DNA of 64,000 nt from Candidatus Bathyarchaeia archaeon (GTDB lineage Archaea > Thermoproteota > Bathyarchaeia > 40CM-2-53-6), in assembly GCA_049513715.1 (NCBI GenBank), contig JBEKVV010000002.1:64001-128000 (forward strand), written 5' to 3'. Under the pieces are notes generated by a model. The model worked only from the letters and a program-made list of their open reading frames with translations. It searched no databases and was not told the DNA's origin. Made by a program: the position numbers and the translations under genes. Shown here one piece after another: positions 39,047-49,826 of this stretch (within the stretch, counting starts at the first letter, position 1; each line of letters begins with the position of its first letter).

Positions 39047-40033
39047 TTGGATAGAACCGCCGTTGGATTCAACCCAAATACGAGTGGGACAGAAGCCGCA
39101 GAATATGCCCGTATTGCAGAGAAGCATGGTTTCGAATCGTTCTGGGTTCACGAGAACCCTTTCATCAAAGACGCCGTGTCCCTAATGGCAAGCGCCATTT
39201 CCGCAACAAAGACCATCAAAATAGGTTCGGGTTGCGTAAGTGTAGTAACTCGCCATCCTTTGCTTGTTGCGTCGACTTTCATATCCCTAGATGAAATGTC
39301 CGGCGGAAGAGTACGGATGGGCGTAGGCCTCGGCGGGTTTCCTTGGCTACCGAAGATTGGTGTGAAAGTCTTCCCGGTTCAGGAAACTAAGCCCCTCAAA
39401 CGTATCAAAGAATTCCTCACAATAACTGACAAACTCCTTGGAGGAGAATCAATCTCCCTCGATGGCGAATTCTTCAAGGTCACTGATATCAAACTAGACT
39501 CTAAACCAAAACACCGACCACCGCTCTACCTTGCAGCTTTTGGAGAACGCTTGCTCAGGATGGCGCCAAAGTTGACAGAGGGGGTTATCATTTCACCTGC
39601 GCTAATGACGCCAGAGATCACTGGACAGAAAGTGCGTTTCGTGAGGGAGGAAGAATCTTCCGGAAAAAGAACTGACGTCGCATCGTACGTGCTCACAACG
39701 GTCTCAAAAGACTTGGAGAAGGCACGTCAGGCAATGAAATCCTATTACTTCCTAATCTATCAAGTGGCAGATGTCCTCAAGCCGGAAATATTCGAGCCGT
39801 ATGGATTGAAGATAGAGGATCTGGAACCGATTAAGAAGGCTTGGCGAAAGAAGGACTTGGCAGCCGCGGCGCGGGCGATGCCGGATGAGGTTATTGAGGC
39901 TTTGACCTTAACGGGTGACCCCGACCATTGCATCGAGCGGCTGAAGGATTACAGGAGAGCTGGTGTTGACCTTCCAATCCTGATGCCGATAGGCGACATC
40001 AAAACTGCCATAGAATCCTTCACGATACAATGA
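39047..40033 (+). CDS. LLM-class (luciferase-like, possibly F420-dependent) oxidoreductase
   Basis: AEKHGFESFWVHE, TRHP, LDEMSGGR motifs. Confidence 0.88.
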   Translation: MDRTAVGFNPNTSGTEAAEYARIAEKHGFESFWVHENPFIKDAVSLMASAISATKTIKIGSGCVSVVTRHPLLVASTFISLDEMSGGRVRMGVGLGGFPWLPKIGVKVFPVQETKPLKRIKEFLTITDKLLGGESISLDGEFFKVTDIKLDSKPKHRPPLYLAAFGERLLRMAPKLTEGVIISPALMTPEITGQKVRFVREEESSGKRTDVASYVLTTVSKDLEKARQAMKSYYFLIYQVADVLKPEIFEPYGLKIEDLEPIKKAWRKKDLAAAARAMPDEVIEALTLTGDPDHCIERLKDYRRAGVDLPILMPIGDIKTAIESFTIQ

Positions 40034-40060
40034 GCCTCAAACTGCGCGGTCCTTACAATC

Positions 40061-40669
40061 ATGAACAAATTCCACTCAGCGGCATTATCACTGGCTTTAG
40101 CGACTGGTTTGTGGATTCTTGTATTTCTCGTGCGGCCGTTCAATTTCTGGGTCATGCTCAGCCTTTCAACGCTTCTCCTGATGGCCATTTCCATTCTTGT
40201 TAATCGTGAAAGAATTACGGGTCATCTGAGTTTTCGATGGCTATTATTGGGCGTGCTTAGTGGCATTGGCCTTTACTTGTTCTTCTATGCTGGATTCGTG
40301 TTGACGAAGTCCATTCCCATTTTCAATGAGGGCATAGCTCACGTCTACAATTTCCGAGCGGCAACACCGTCCGTGATGATTGCGATTCTTCTTCTCTTAC
40401 CGATCTCTCCTGGCGAGGAGATCTATTGGCGTGGGTTGATTCAACGGAGGTTCATGGAGAGAATCGGCGGGCGGGCTGGTTTCCTATTCACCGCCAGTGC
40501 TTATGCGTTGGTACACTTGCCCACATTGAATCTCCCACTAATCCTGACGGCCTTGATAGGGGGGCTGGCTTGGGGCTACATCTACAAGGCGACCGGCAGC
40601 CTAGTCCCCACTATTATCTCCCATGTACTATTCGACCTACTCATCTTCGTGATAGCCCCCTTCAGCTAG
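40061..40669 (+). CDS. CPBP (CAAX/Abi) intramembrane protease
   Basis: EEIYWRG, YALVH, SHVLFD motifs. Confidence 0.88.
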   Translation: MNKFHSAALSLALATGLWILVFLVRPFNFWVMLSLSTLLLMAISILVNRERITGHLSFRWLLLGVLSGIGLYLFFYAGFVLTKSIPIFNEGIAHVYNFRAATPSVMIAILLLLPISPGEEIYWRGLIQRRFMERIGGRAGFLFTASAYALVHLPTLNLPLILTALIGGLAWGYIYKATGSLVPTIISHVLFDLLIFVIAPFS

Positions 40670-41577
40670 CCGAGAAGGAGCCCTAAGGCAAGAAGCACGC
40701 CGAAAGCGGCCGACATTGCAAACGTCGTCTGAGTCAGTTTCACGTAGTGTAAGGGGGATTGCGCGGGTGTCCGGTAGAGATTGGTTTGAGTAACAAACAG
40801 GGGCACAGTAACCAGAACCAGTAGCGCGGTGACTGGAAGCAGCCTCAGGGCTACTGCGCAGACAATTATCGCAAATGAGGCCGCGGTCAGGGTGAATGCA
40901 GTCGCCATCGCCTTTTTTCTACCGGCTGTCACGGTAAAGCTCCTCTTCGATCCTTTTTGGTATGCATCAAAGAAGATCTGGTCGTGGTTGATCAGAATCG
41001 AGGTAGTCAAGAAGCCCAATGGAATTCCCAACAAGAGGGAGAGGGTAGAAACGTAGCCGGTCTGCACGTAGAAGCTCCCTATGATCGGTAGAACGCCAAA
41101 CGAAAGGAAGATTCCTAGCTCGCTGAGACCTAAGCCTCGATACCCCAATCGCAGTGGAGGCGCTACATGGAAGTAAGCAAAGAATAGTCCAATGCCTCCT
41201 AATAGAAGGATTATTGGGCCTGTAGCTATCGTCAGATAGAGCCCGATGATTGTTGCAGCAGAAAAGAAAAGATAAGCAACCATACGGGCCTGCTTGAATG
41301 TCATCAGTCCACGCGGCAGTATTTTCCAGCCTGCGAAATCTGGTGGAAACATCTTGTTCGAAATCACATCGACTCCGCTTTGATAGTCGAACGTGTCGTC
41401 TATTGCGTTCGCGCCGAGGTGGAGGAAAATTCCACCGAGAACAACGATGACGAAGAGGAATGGACTGAACCTACGTTCAGTCCACCATGCGAGCACACTT
41501 CCAACTAAAACGGGAGTGAGAATTACGGGAAGGAACTGAGCTCTGCTCAATCGGAAGATTCGTGACGCCAAAGCCAT
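40666..41577 (-). CDS. UbiA/MenA-family prenyltransferase
   Basis: NAIDDTFDYQSGVD Asp-rich motif; multi-TM. Confidence 0.85.
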   Translation of the reverse strand: MALASRIFRLSRAQFLPVILTPVLVGSVLAWWTERRFSPFLFVIVVLGGIFLHLGANAIDDTFDYQSGVDVISNKMFPPDFAGWKILPRGLMTFKQARMVAYLFFSAATIIGLYLTIATGPIILLLGGIGLFFAYFHVAPPLRLGYRGLGLSELGIFLSFGVLPIIGSFYVQTGYVSTLSLLLGIPLGFLTTSILINHDQIFFDAYQKGSKRSFTVTAGRKKAMATAFTLTAASFAIIVCAVALRLLPVTALLVLVTVPLFVTQTNLYRTPAQSPLHYVKLTQTTFAMSAAFGVLLALGLLLG

Positions 41578-41628
41578 CTATGGAGCATCCTGTTCGAACT
41601 AGTTTTCGTGAAAACCCCGGGCGGTGTA

Positions 41629-41880
41629 CTATTGAGTGGATGTTATCAACCCGTTACGGGGCAACTTCAGCTGGAGGATTCCAGAGTAGTTAACTGCTTC
41701 AGCGTTGTCGACCTTCACATAATCGCCCGTCTGAACAGGTTTGACTAGGTTTCTGTAATTGTACCTGACAAATGTGCGCCCAGTCTCATCTTCAAGAACA
41801 AGCATGAATTGGTTCATGTCGACGATTTTGCCCTCGATGTGAACGCCCCTCATTCCGTTTCGAATCTCGTCAATTCTCAT
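41629..41880 (-). CDS. Single OB-fold nucleic acid-binding protein (SSB/RPA-like)
   Basis: IEGKIVD, LEDETG, GDYVKVDNA, YSGILQL pattern. Confidence 0.8.
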   Translation of the reverse strand: MRIDEIRNGMRGVHIEGKIVDMNQFMLVLEDETGRTFVRYNYRNLVKPVQTGDYVKVDNAEAVNYSGILQLKLPRNGLITSTQ

Positions 41881-42282
41881 TTCAAATCAACCTCAAGGTG
41901 CTGCGAGTGGGACATCCGATCTTGGAGATCAATCCGAGACTAAGCTTTACGCTTCGTCTCCTCCTTAGGTGGTGGACCATGCCGACGCCAGTACCAATAG
42001 CTACTTTTCAAACAAAGTCACCACCGCAAACCCCAATCTTCTCATCTTGAAGCGCTTTATGGCCGCCGTTATGTAACCTTCTCGGTTTGACCATCGCGAG
42101 CCGATTTCCACGCAAGAAGCAGTTGATTTTGCAAATTTCTGTTTCCTAAGCCATCCTCTCGCACAACATGTCCTTGTGATATAGGTTTAATTACGTTCAC
42201 GCACTCACTACGCCTCGGTACGCTGCGGATTCTACTTCTGAGTACTATCTGACGCGTAACTAAACTGCAAAGTGGTGTAAGT

Positions 42283-42426
42283 ATGAGTCAAGAAGGATAC
42301 GGCGGCCGAACTATGTACAAGGTCACATGTTCTGACTGCGGCGCTGAAACCGAAGTCCCGTTCAAGCCGACGCAAGGCCGTCCAGTATATTGTAGAAACT
42401 GTTACCAAAAACACAGACGGTACTAG
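42283..42426 (+). CDS. CxxC-x17-CxxC small zinc-binding protein (47 aa; not in the ORF track)
   Basis: MSQEGYGGRTMYKVTCSDCGAETEVPFKPTQGRPVYCRNCYQKHRRY; GGTG RBS. Confidence 0.88.
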   Translation: MSQEGYGGRTMYKVTCSDCGAETEVPFKPTQGRPVYCRNCYQKHRRY

Positions 42427-42554
42427 ATCGCATAATACGCGACGGTCGTCTGCGTCCCCTTTCTATCCAGCCTTTTGTTTCCTTTCTATCGTTAATAGGG
42501 CACACATCCATTACTCGTTCATCTAATATGCGAAGAGCACCTGAGGACTCTGAC

Positions 42555-43148
42555 TTGGAATTTGAGAAGGCCGTGCGAAAGCGGAGAATGGTTCGCAATT
42601 TCCAACCAAAACCTGTTCCGAAGAACTTAGTTGAGAGCATTCTGGAGTTAGCGCAGCACTCCCCTAGCGCAGGATTCAGTCAGGGCTGGGGTTACGTCGT
42701 AATTACCGATGCATATCTGCGCAAGAAGGTTGGGGATCTGCAAGGTGAACAGGATTTCTACGCCAAGAAGCGATTTCACAGGTTTGTATCAGAGGCGCCC
42801 GTCCTGATTATTGCTTGCACCAGCGAAGAGCTCTACCACGAGCGGTACCGTGAACCTGACAAGCTCAACGAAGACGGAACGGAAATAGAGTGGCCTACCC
42901 CGTACTGGCATTTCGACATAGGTTGTGCCTGCATGCTGATTCTACTCGGAGCAGTTGACAAGGGCTTGGCGGCAGCTTTCACCGGCGTATTCCGTGTCCA
43001 AGAAATGAAAGCGCTGCTCCGGATTCCAGAGCACTTCCACCCTGTCGGTGTGATTTCACTCGGGTATCCGGCTGAAGACATCAAGTCTCCTTCACTCAAG
43101 AGAGGGCACCGCCCCGTCAGCCAAGTAGTCCACTACGAACATTGGTAA
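42555..43148 (+). CDS. Nitroreductase family protein
   Basis: RKRRMVRNF, SPSAGFSQ, ISLGYP motifs. Confidence 0.9.
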   Translation: MEFEKAVRKRRMVRNFQPKPVPKNLVESILELAQHSPSAGFSQGWGYVVITDAYLRKKVGDLQGEQDFYAKKRFHRFVSEAPVLIIACTSEELYHERYREPDKLNEDGTEIEWPTPYWHFDIGCACMLILLGAVDKGLAAAFTGVFRVQEMKALLRIPEHFHPVGVISLGYPAEDIKSPSLKRGHRPVSQVVHYEHW

Positions 43149-43163
43149 CGGAATGGTGTGGGC

Positions 43164-43976
43164 TCAGAAGACTTTGTAGATTGGCGAAGATAAGCAAGTG
43201 ACTCCGCCGTCGCCTTTGTAAAACTCCGAAACATCCGCTTCGATAGGCTTGTAGCCTGCCTGTTCCAGTTTCGCTCTGGCCCGCGGGTAGCCGGATGGAA
43301 TCATCACTCGACTGTCTCCCAGGTACAAGGCGTCTGTTGCGTACACTTCTTCCTTTGGAATGGTAACGAATCTGAATCCCAGGAATGAGTCTTGATCCAG
43401 CAGGTCAGGTGCGATGATCATTGTGCGGTTGTTGAGGTAGGCGCATCCGCAGAGAAGATGGAAAAGGCTCGTTTTCAACGGAATCACCTTTCGTTGCTTC
43501 AGCGCTCCAGCGAGCTGCCGAGCTCCATCGGCGTTTGTCCGTGAAGACTGCCCGACGAAGATCTCTTGCTCGGTGACCACGATGTCGCCCCCTTCAAGGG
43601 TGCCGGGTTCATGAACAATAAACGGCGGCCCCACCGCTACCCTTCCTTTCTCCAGCTCCCCCAACAGAGCTTTTTCTTCACCCCTGCGGGTTATCTCGCC
43701 GAACCTTCCGATCACAGAACAACCCTTGCCGAGCACGCCGGGGTCCTGCATGAATACCGAATCTGGAAAATCCTCTAAAGGGGAGAGTTCTACGACCTCC
43801 ACGCCGCACTCCTTGAGTATTGAGATATAGTTGCGATGCTGTTCCTTTGCTAATGTTACATCGATCTTGTCTCTGTCGGGATTTGAGGAAACGCACTTCA
43901 CGTAGCTATTCGACGGCCTCCGAACGAATGCGCAATCAAACAGCCTGCCCATTCGAGTATCGCATTTACATACCAC
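43164..43976 (-). CDS. Dimethylarginine dimethylaminohydrolase-like amidinotransferase
   Basis: PDSVFMQD, RRGE, LEGGD, HL and GGVTCLS motifs. Confidence 0.88.
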   Translation of the reverse strand: MVCKCDTRMGRLFDCAFVRRPSNSYVKCVSSNPDRDKIDVTLAKEQHRNYISILKECGVEVVELSPLEDFPDSVFMQDPGVLGKGCSVIGRFGEITRRGEEKALLGELEKGRVAVGPPFIVHEPGTLEGGDIVVTEQEIFVGQSSRTNADGARQLAGALKQRKVIPLKTSLFHLLCGCAYLNNRTMIIAPDLLDQDSFLGFRFVTIPKEEVYATDALYLGDSRVMIPSGYPRARAKLEQAGYKPIEADVSEFYKGDGGVTCLSSPIYKVF

Positions 43977-44060
43977 CGGGACGAGCTTATCGCTCTTCTG
44001 TCACAGATGGATGTTGAGCGTCCCCCGATGAACTGGAAAAACCTCTAGGCCTAGGTCGTT

Positions 44061-45239
44061 TCATTCTGGAAGTCTAGGGAAATTCGATAAGTACTCTGCG
44101 CCTCTCGTCGTGTCTAGGATGTCGTCTTCTATTCTGATTCCTCCAATTTTCTTACCATAGATTCCTGGTTCCACGCTGTGGACCATGCCGGGTTGAAGGA
44201 TGTCTTTCGATTCGATGTGTAATGCTGGGATCGGCTCGTGTACGCTGACGCCGATGCCGTGACCGAGTCGATGAACAAGGTATGCGGAGAGCCCATGACG
44301 TTGGATCACCTCGATTGAGGTTCTTGCGATTTCTGCAGCACTCACTTCAGGCTCGATGGCTTCGATGGACGTCCTCTCCGAATCCAAGACGGCCTCAAGA
44401 AGCATCCTCTGTTGCTTGCTCGGTTTTCCAACCGTGAATGTTCGAGTCGTATCAGAGCTGTAGCCATCAACAACCACGTCAAGTTCCAACATCACCAAAT
44501 CCCCCCGGCGCATCTTTCGCTTAGTGTTTCCGATCACGTACTTGTAAGCCTCGGCAGTCAATGGCCCAGAGGCGACGTATGCGCATGCCACGACTCGGTG
44601 GGCGTTGTGCTTAAGCACACCCTCCGTAATGATTTGGTGTTCTATCTTCGCAGACAATTCAATCTCAGTCAACCCTGCTTTGATGTTTGTCCGGAATGTT
44701 TCCAAGCCGATTCTTGCGACACGGTTCGCTTTTCTCAGCGCTTTCACTTCTTCTTCCGTCTTTATGGACCTCGACTTCACCAGCAGCGCCGTTGAATCTT
44801 TCAAATTGTAAGCCTCGAGCTTCTGCTTCAGAGTGGCCAGAGTCTTTTCGCCGAGCACGTTCATCTCGTACCGTAAAGGTGTTCCAAGGACCAATTCCCA
44901 CCCATGCTCAACGCCTACGTTTCCGGAGTTGATTCCGAGGTCTGACAACGCTTTACGGACGTAGTCCGTGCCCATTTCGAGGGCGCTTCCAAGATGCTCG
45001 TAATTTTCGGGTTTGTAGAACCTCACATCCTGAACCCAAGTCGGCGGGAGAGTCTCCCCGCCGGGATGGATGAGGATCGGGTCTTTCTCAAGAGGAAAGA
45101 CCAGGTAGCTTAGCCCTCGGCCGCACCAGGCCGATGAAAGGTACGTGACGTTCTCAGGGATCCGCAAAATCAAAGCTTCGAGCCGCTCCTGCCGCATCGC
45201 TTCTCGCACACGGCCGAGTTTCACTCCGTCCCTCTGCAA
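44061..45239 (-). CDS. M24 Xaa-Pro aminopeptidase family
   Basis: GYSSDTTRT, HRLGHGIG..VHE, EPGIY, RIED motifs. Confidence 0.92.
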   Translation of the reverse strand: MQRDGVKLGRVREAMRQERLEALILRIPENVTYLSSAWCGRGLSYLVFPLEKDPILIHPGGETLPPTWVQDVRFYKPENYEHLGSALEMGTDYVRKALSDLGINSGNVGVEHGWELVLGTPLRYEMNVLGEKTLATLKQKLEAYNLKDSTALLVKSRSIKTEEEVKALRKANRVARIGLETFRTNIKAGLTEIELSAKIEHQIITEGVLKHNAHRVVACAYVASGPLTAEAYKYVIGNTKRKMRRGDLVMLELDVVVDGYSSDTTRTFTVGKPSKQQRMLLEAVLDSERTSIEAIEPEVSAAEIARTSIEVIQRHGLSAYLVHRLGHGIGVSVHEPIPALHIESKDILQPGMVHSVEPGIYGKKIGGIRIEDDILDTTRGAEYLSNFPRLPE

Positions 45240-45353
45240 TCTTCAAACGCCTAGGCGGCCTGTGTTTTCCTTCAATGTTAAGACTTTTCTGAAGGCGGAG
45301 AGAACAGCTCGTAGGGAAGCGGTAGTTCGTTATTTTGAGTGGAGGTCTGAGGT

Positions 45354-46217
45354 ATGGAAGAACGTCACGTCGAAATGCCGTCCGAATGGAAGGGAATTGT
45401 GCCAACAGAGGTCTTTATTGAAGAAGGTAAGCGGCTCGTCGAGGAAGCCTCGAAACGAGACTTACCCTTGAGGATGCTCGGGGGCGTTGCGATTCGAATT
45501 CATTGCGCAGAATTCGCAGACTTCGCAAAGAAACTGACACGGCTTGGTGAGGGGCAGCAGGAGTACACCGACCTCGACTTCATGTCTTACTTCAAGTTGC
45601 GCAAGAAGATGCCGGAGTTCTTCAGTGAAATGGGTTACGAGAAAAGACCCACGACCATGTCCACCGCAGCAACCCAACGCCACATTTACTTCCACCCGAA
45701 GGGCTGGTTCTCTGTCGATGTCTTCTTCGACAAATTGCTCGCAGCCAACCACCCACTGGATTTCAGAGGACGGCTGGACCTTGATTCCCCAACGATAACG
45801 CCAATCGACATGTTGCTCGAAAAGTTGCAGATAGTCTTCCCAGCCGAGAAGGACGTGAAAGACGCCATGTTGTTGCTCCGGGCGCACGAAATAAGCTCAG
45901 GTGAAGAGAAGAATAAGTTGAACGCGAAACTTGTCGCGGAACTGGTTTCGTCGGACTGGGGCTTCTGGTACACTGCCACAACAAACATCAAAGGACTACA
46001 TCAGCATGTTCTCGACTTGCAGAATCTGATTGAAGAAGACAAGCAAGATATTACGTCGAAGTTGGACGCACTTCTGCAGGCGATTGATGCCGAGCCAAAG
46101 AGCACAGGGTGGAAGATGCGTTCAGTCATCGGGGCCAAACGCCAATGGTACAACCCAGTTGAAACCGCCCAGACTGTAGGCGAGTTTGGAATCTGGAAGC
46201 TCCGAGAAAGAAAGTAA
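45354..46217 (+). CDS. Nucleotidyltransferase-fold hypothetical protein
   Basis: LGGVAI...YTDLDF...VDVF pattern. Confidence 0.6.
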   Translation: MEERHVEMPSEWKGIVPTEVFIEEGKRLVEEASKRDLPLRMLGGVAIRIHCAEFADFAKKLTRLGEGQQEYTDLDFMSYFKLRKKMPEFFSEMGYEKRPTTMSTAATQRHIYFHPKGWFSVDVFFDKLLAANHPLDFRGRLDLDSPTITPIDMLLEKLQIVFPAEKDVKDAMLLLRAHEISSGEEKNKLNAKLVAELVSSDWGFWYTATTNIKGLHQHVLDLQNLIEEDKQDITSKLDALLQAIDAEPKSTGWKMRSVIGAKRQWYNPVETAQTVGEFGIWKLRERK

Positions 46218-46298
46218 CCGTTCACTTAACGGTTCGGTGCTCTAAGGGTATATATTCGCCGAGCTTTTCGATAGCGTCTTCAAACGGAAGTCTGCCCT

Positions 46299-47699
46299 AT
46301 GGAAGACGTACTGAAATCATTGACTAACCGAGCTCTCGACTTGGGCGCCCAATATTCAGATGCAAGATTTCAAGATCTTAGGCAGACGCTTGTCGTTGTG
46401 GAGAATGGGGCAATCCGCAGTTACGAATCAGATAAGCTGACTGGAGTCGGCATTAGGGTTCTGGTCGGTGGGGCTTGGGGAATAGCCTCCTCCTCAGTTC
46501 TGACCAAAACTGTGATGAGGCAGAAGGTGGCGGAGGCAGTTCGAATGGCTAAAGCCGCCAAGAAGTTAACCCGAGCTGTTCAACTAGCCAAAGTGAAGGC
46601 TGCCGACGCCACGGTCAAGCTCCCCATTAAGACCAACCCTGATGATGTCCCTCCCGACGTCAAAGTCAAGCTTCTCCTTGAAGCCAACAAAGCAGCCGTC
46701 ACAGGACCAGAAATCAAGAACTCAACCTCACGGTTGGGCTTCCACCACGACGTTCGAATGTTCGTATCATCGGAGGGCGCGAACGTCAGGACGGACATAA
46801 CCATGTCCGGTTTTGGACAACTCAGTGTCGCTCAAGCGAATGGGTCTATGGAACGCGTTCCGGAACAAAGGTCTCAGTGCGCTGGTTACGAATTCATCGA
46901 ATCTGGCGACTGGAACACGTTCTCTTCTGAAGTCTCCCACCTAGCGGCAAAGGTTGTGATCGCGCCAATGCCGCCCGCTGGAACCTACCCTGCGGTTCTA
47001 GACCCAGAACTCATTGGCCTGTTCTTGCATGAAGCGCTTGGCCACGCATCAGAAGGAGACCTAGTCACTTCCAAGGAATCAGTTCTTGAAGGCCGTGTGG
47101 GAGAAACCATCGCCAATGAAAATGTCACGATGTACGATGATGGTGCGATTGATGGTGGTTATCAGGTTCCTTTTGACGACGAAGGAGTTCCGAAGACCAA
47201 GACCACCATCATAGAAAGAGGTAGGTTGCAGGGCTTCCTCCTGTCACGAGACACAGCACCTGAACTGCAATTGGAACCGACGGGCAACGCTAGAGCCCAA
47301 AACTTCGAGAACAAGCCGATTGTTCGCATGACGAACGTGTACATGCAGCCGGGGGACTTCCCATTTCAGGACCTAGTTCGGGAGATTGATTACGGCTTCT
47401 ACATTCGTGGCCGAGGTAGCTTGGGGGGGCAGGTCGATGTGGGAGGAGGGACATTCACCTTCCGCGCCGGCCCATCCTACTTGATTGAGAAAGGCGAAGT
47501 GAAACACATGGTGCGAGCTGTCACTTTGGCTGGAAAAATCCTCGAAACGCTCAGGACGATCAATGCGGTGGGCAAAGACTTCAGCGTAACTACGAGTGTT
47601 TTCGGCGGATGCGGCAAAGATGGCCAGCTGGCAAAGGTCGGTGACGGAGGCCCACACGTAAGGTTGGGCAAGCTTACGATAGGAGGAAGAGCTGATTGA
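46299..47699 (+). CDS. tldD: TldD metalloprotease
   Basis: HEALGH, RMTN and GCGKDGQ motifs. Confidence 0.9.
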   Translation: MEDVLKSLTNRALDLGAQYSDARFQDLRQTLVVVENGAIRSYESDKLTGVGIRVLVGGAWGIASSSVLTKTVMRQKVAEAVRMAKAAKKLTRAVQLAKVKAADATVKLPIKTNPDDVPPDVKVKLLLEANKAAVTGPEIKNSTSRLGFHHDVRMFVSSEGANVRTDITMSGFGQLSVAQANGSMERVPEQRSQCAGYEFIESGDWNTFSSEVSHLAAKVVIAPMPPAGTYPAVLDPELIGLFLHEALGHASEGDLVTSKESVLEGRVGETIANENVTMYDDGAIDGGYQVPFDDEGVPKTKTTIIERGRLQGFLLSRDTAPELQLEPTGNARAQNFENKPIVRMTNVYMQPGDFPFQDLVREIDYGFYIRGRGSLGGQVDVGGGTFTFRAGPSYLIEKGEVKHMVRAVTLAGKILETLRTINAVGKDFSVTTSVFGGCGKDGQLAKVGDGGPHVRLGKLTIGGRAD

Positions 47700-49066
47700 C
47701 CAAGATTCTTGCCGCAGCGGAAGCCGCCGTCAAACTCGCCATGAAGAGGGGCTTCGACGAGGCCGAAGCTTTCAGCACAAAAACAACCCGACGTGAAATC
47801 ATATACCGCAACGCGATCGAGGCGACAATGAGCAACACGATCGCGGGTCTAAGCATTCGGGGTGTCGTGGACAAACGAATAGGGTTCTACTCGGTTTCAT
47901 CATTGGAGCGAGCTGACATAGAGAACGCCGTCGAGCAATCGTTGAAGATTGCGAAGGCCAACACACAGGACCAAGACTGGAAGTCGTTAACCCGCAAGCA
48001 TGGAAAAGCCGCAGTGCAGAAAGTCTTCGACAAAAGGATTGAGAGCCTCTCGGCTAAAGATCTCGTCGGGGAAGTCCAACTAGCGGTTGACACCGTCACT
48101 GAAGTGGATTCGTCGCTTTCGATTACGCGAGGAATTCTTTCAACCACTATTGTCTCCAATGCAATCGCGAACAGCCACGGATGCAAACTTGAGAGGAAGG
48201 AAACCTTTGCCTCTACTTGGATTGCGGTAACTGCAGGTTCTTCCGGAAAGAAAGGCATAGGCCACGAAGCGAGACAAACACGGTCTTGGAAGAGCTTGAA
48301 CACCGAGCATATTGCTGAAACTGTTGCCGAGCGGGCCTTGAAGATGGTCAACGCAACTTCAATTTCGAATGGAAAGATGGACGCTGTCTGGAGAAACGAT
48401 GCCTTCGCAGCCATACTCGACGCAATGCTGACTCGAACAGTGACGGCAGACGCTGTTCAAAAGCACAGGTCACCTTGGGTGGGGAAAGTTGGCCAACCCG
48501 TTGCCAGTGAGCAGGTATCCCTGATCGACGAAGGAAAAATGCCGGGCGGCCTTGGCACACGACAATTCGACGATGACGGAACACCGCAGAGAAGCACACC
48601 CGTAATCGAGAAGGGAGTTTTGAGGGGTTTCCTATACGACGTTTACACTGCGTCCAAGGAAAACCGACAGTCCACCGGCAATGCCCGCAGAGAAGGTGGG
48701 CTATTCTCCACACGCCCGAACTACACGCAAGCGCCATTCCCATACCCAAACAACCTCATATTGAAACCCCAAACCGCAGCGCCAGAAGAGGTCATAAAAG
48801 AAACTGGGAAAGGAGTCTACATCGTAGAGACCATAGGCGAATGGCTCTCCAACCCAATCAGTGGCGACCTCAGCGCAGCCATCAGCAGCGGATTCAAAAT
48901 CGAAAATGGAGAGCTCGGAGCCGCGGTCAAGGGCGGTATCGTGACGGCGAACTTCTTCGAAATCCTCAAAGGGAAGATGGATTTGAGGGCGAACGACTTA
49001 GACAGCTCAGGAGCCGTCTACGCCCCAACAACCCAAGTGCTCGACATGACAATCGCTGGAGAATAG
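47696..49066 (+). CDS. pmbA: PmbA/TldE partner subunit
   Basis: FDDDG, STGNA, NPISGD motifs; no HExxH; coupled to tldD. Confidence 0.88.
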   Translation: MTKILAAAEAAVKLAMKRGFDEAEAFSTKTTRREIIYRNAIEATMSNTIAGLSIRGVVDKRIGFYSVSSLERADIENAVEQSLKIAKANTQDQDWKSLTRKHGKAAVQKVFDKRIESLSAKDLVGEVQLAVDTVTEVDSSLSITRGILSTTIVSNAIANSHGCKLERKETFASTWIAVTAGSSGKKGIGHEARQTRSWKSLNTEHIAETVAERALKMVNATSISNGKMDAVWRNDAFAAILDAMLTRTVTADAVQKHRSPWVGKVGQPVASEQVSLIDEGKMPGGLGTRQFDDDGTPQRSTPVIEKGVLRGFLYDVYTASKENRQSTGNARREGGLFSTRPNYTQAPFPYPNNLILKPQTAAPEEVIKETGKGVYIVETIGEWLSNPISGDLSAAISSGFKIENGELGAAVKGGIVTANFFEILKGKMDLRANDLDSSGAVYAPTTQVLDMTIAGE

Positions 49067-49213
49067 ACTAGAGAAGGATGGGAAGGTGGCATCTGACGGT
49101 TTTGTTGTTTTGTTTTGCGAGTATCATGAATCTGTTCGGCCGGCTGAGGTAGGTCGCCGTGATAATGGTATTGCCAAGCTTCATACGTTCGTTCCCTAGC
49201 TTTGAACCAATGA

Positions 49214-49753
49214 TTGGCATTGACTAAACATAAGATCCCTTTGGGCCTCGGGAATTGTGTTGAAGTTCTGGGGGTTCTCCTCGCAATCTATCTTTTGGTT
49301 CTGGCGGCGGACGCATCAAATCTCTATCTCAGGTTTTTCATGTACTTGATTTCATGGGGATGCTTCCTATTCTTTCCCCATTGTTTGGCGCATTTCCTCG
49401 TAGGTTCCACTGTTGGTGTACGTTTCAAATTCTATTACTTGGGAAGGTCGGGTGTCAGCAAACTCAGATTGCCCGTGGTGAGCTTACTTGCTGCGCGTGC
49501 TCCGGTTCTGACGTTGGTGGTTGACCTCAAGTCCTTGAGTGCAGTGAGCCCTGGCCGACGGGCGGTGATGTATGCTTCAGGTGCTGCTGCCTCAATGATT
49601 CTCCCGTTCATAGTCGTGGCGGCCTCTTTTCCTCATCTGCCTCTTCCGCTGACTGCTGTTTTTGTCCTTTTTTCCGTTGCCAACCTCACCTTCGACCTAT
49701 ATTACAGCCCCAAAGCAGGTGATATATCCAGAGGACGAGCAACCGCAAGATGA
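49214..49753 (+). CDS. Hypothetical membrane protein
   Basis: Hydrophobic helices; HCLAH and SPKAGD resemble degenerate M50 motifs. Confidence 0.6.
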   Translation: MALTKHKIPLGLGNCVEVLGVLLAIYLLVLAADASNLYLRFFMYLISWGCFLFFPHCLAHFLVGSTVGVRFKFYYLGRSGVSKLRLPVVSLLAARAPVLTLVVDLKSLSAVSPGRRAVMYASGAAASMILPFIVVAASFPHLPLPLTAVFVLFSVANLTFDLYYSPKAGDISRGRATAR

Positions 49754-49826
49754 ATGATAGGTATTTGTGAAGTCCGAGGCCATTCTTAATTATCGGATTT
49801 TTCATGTGGGAACCAGTGACGTTTAC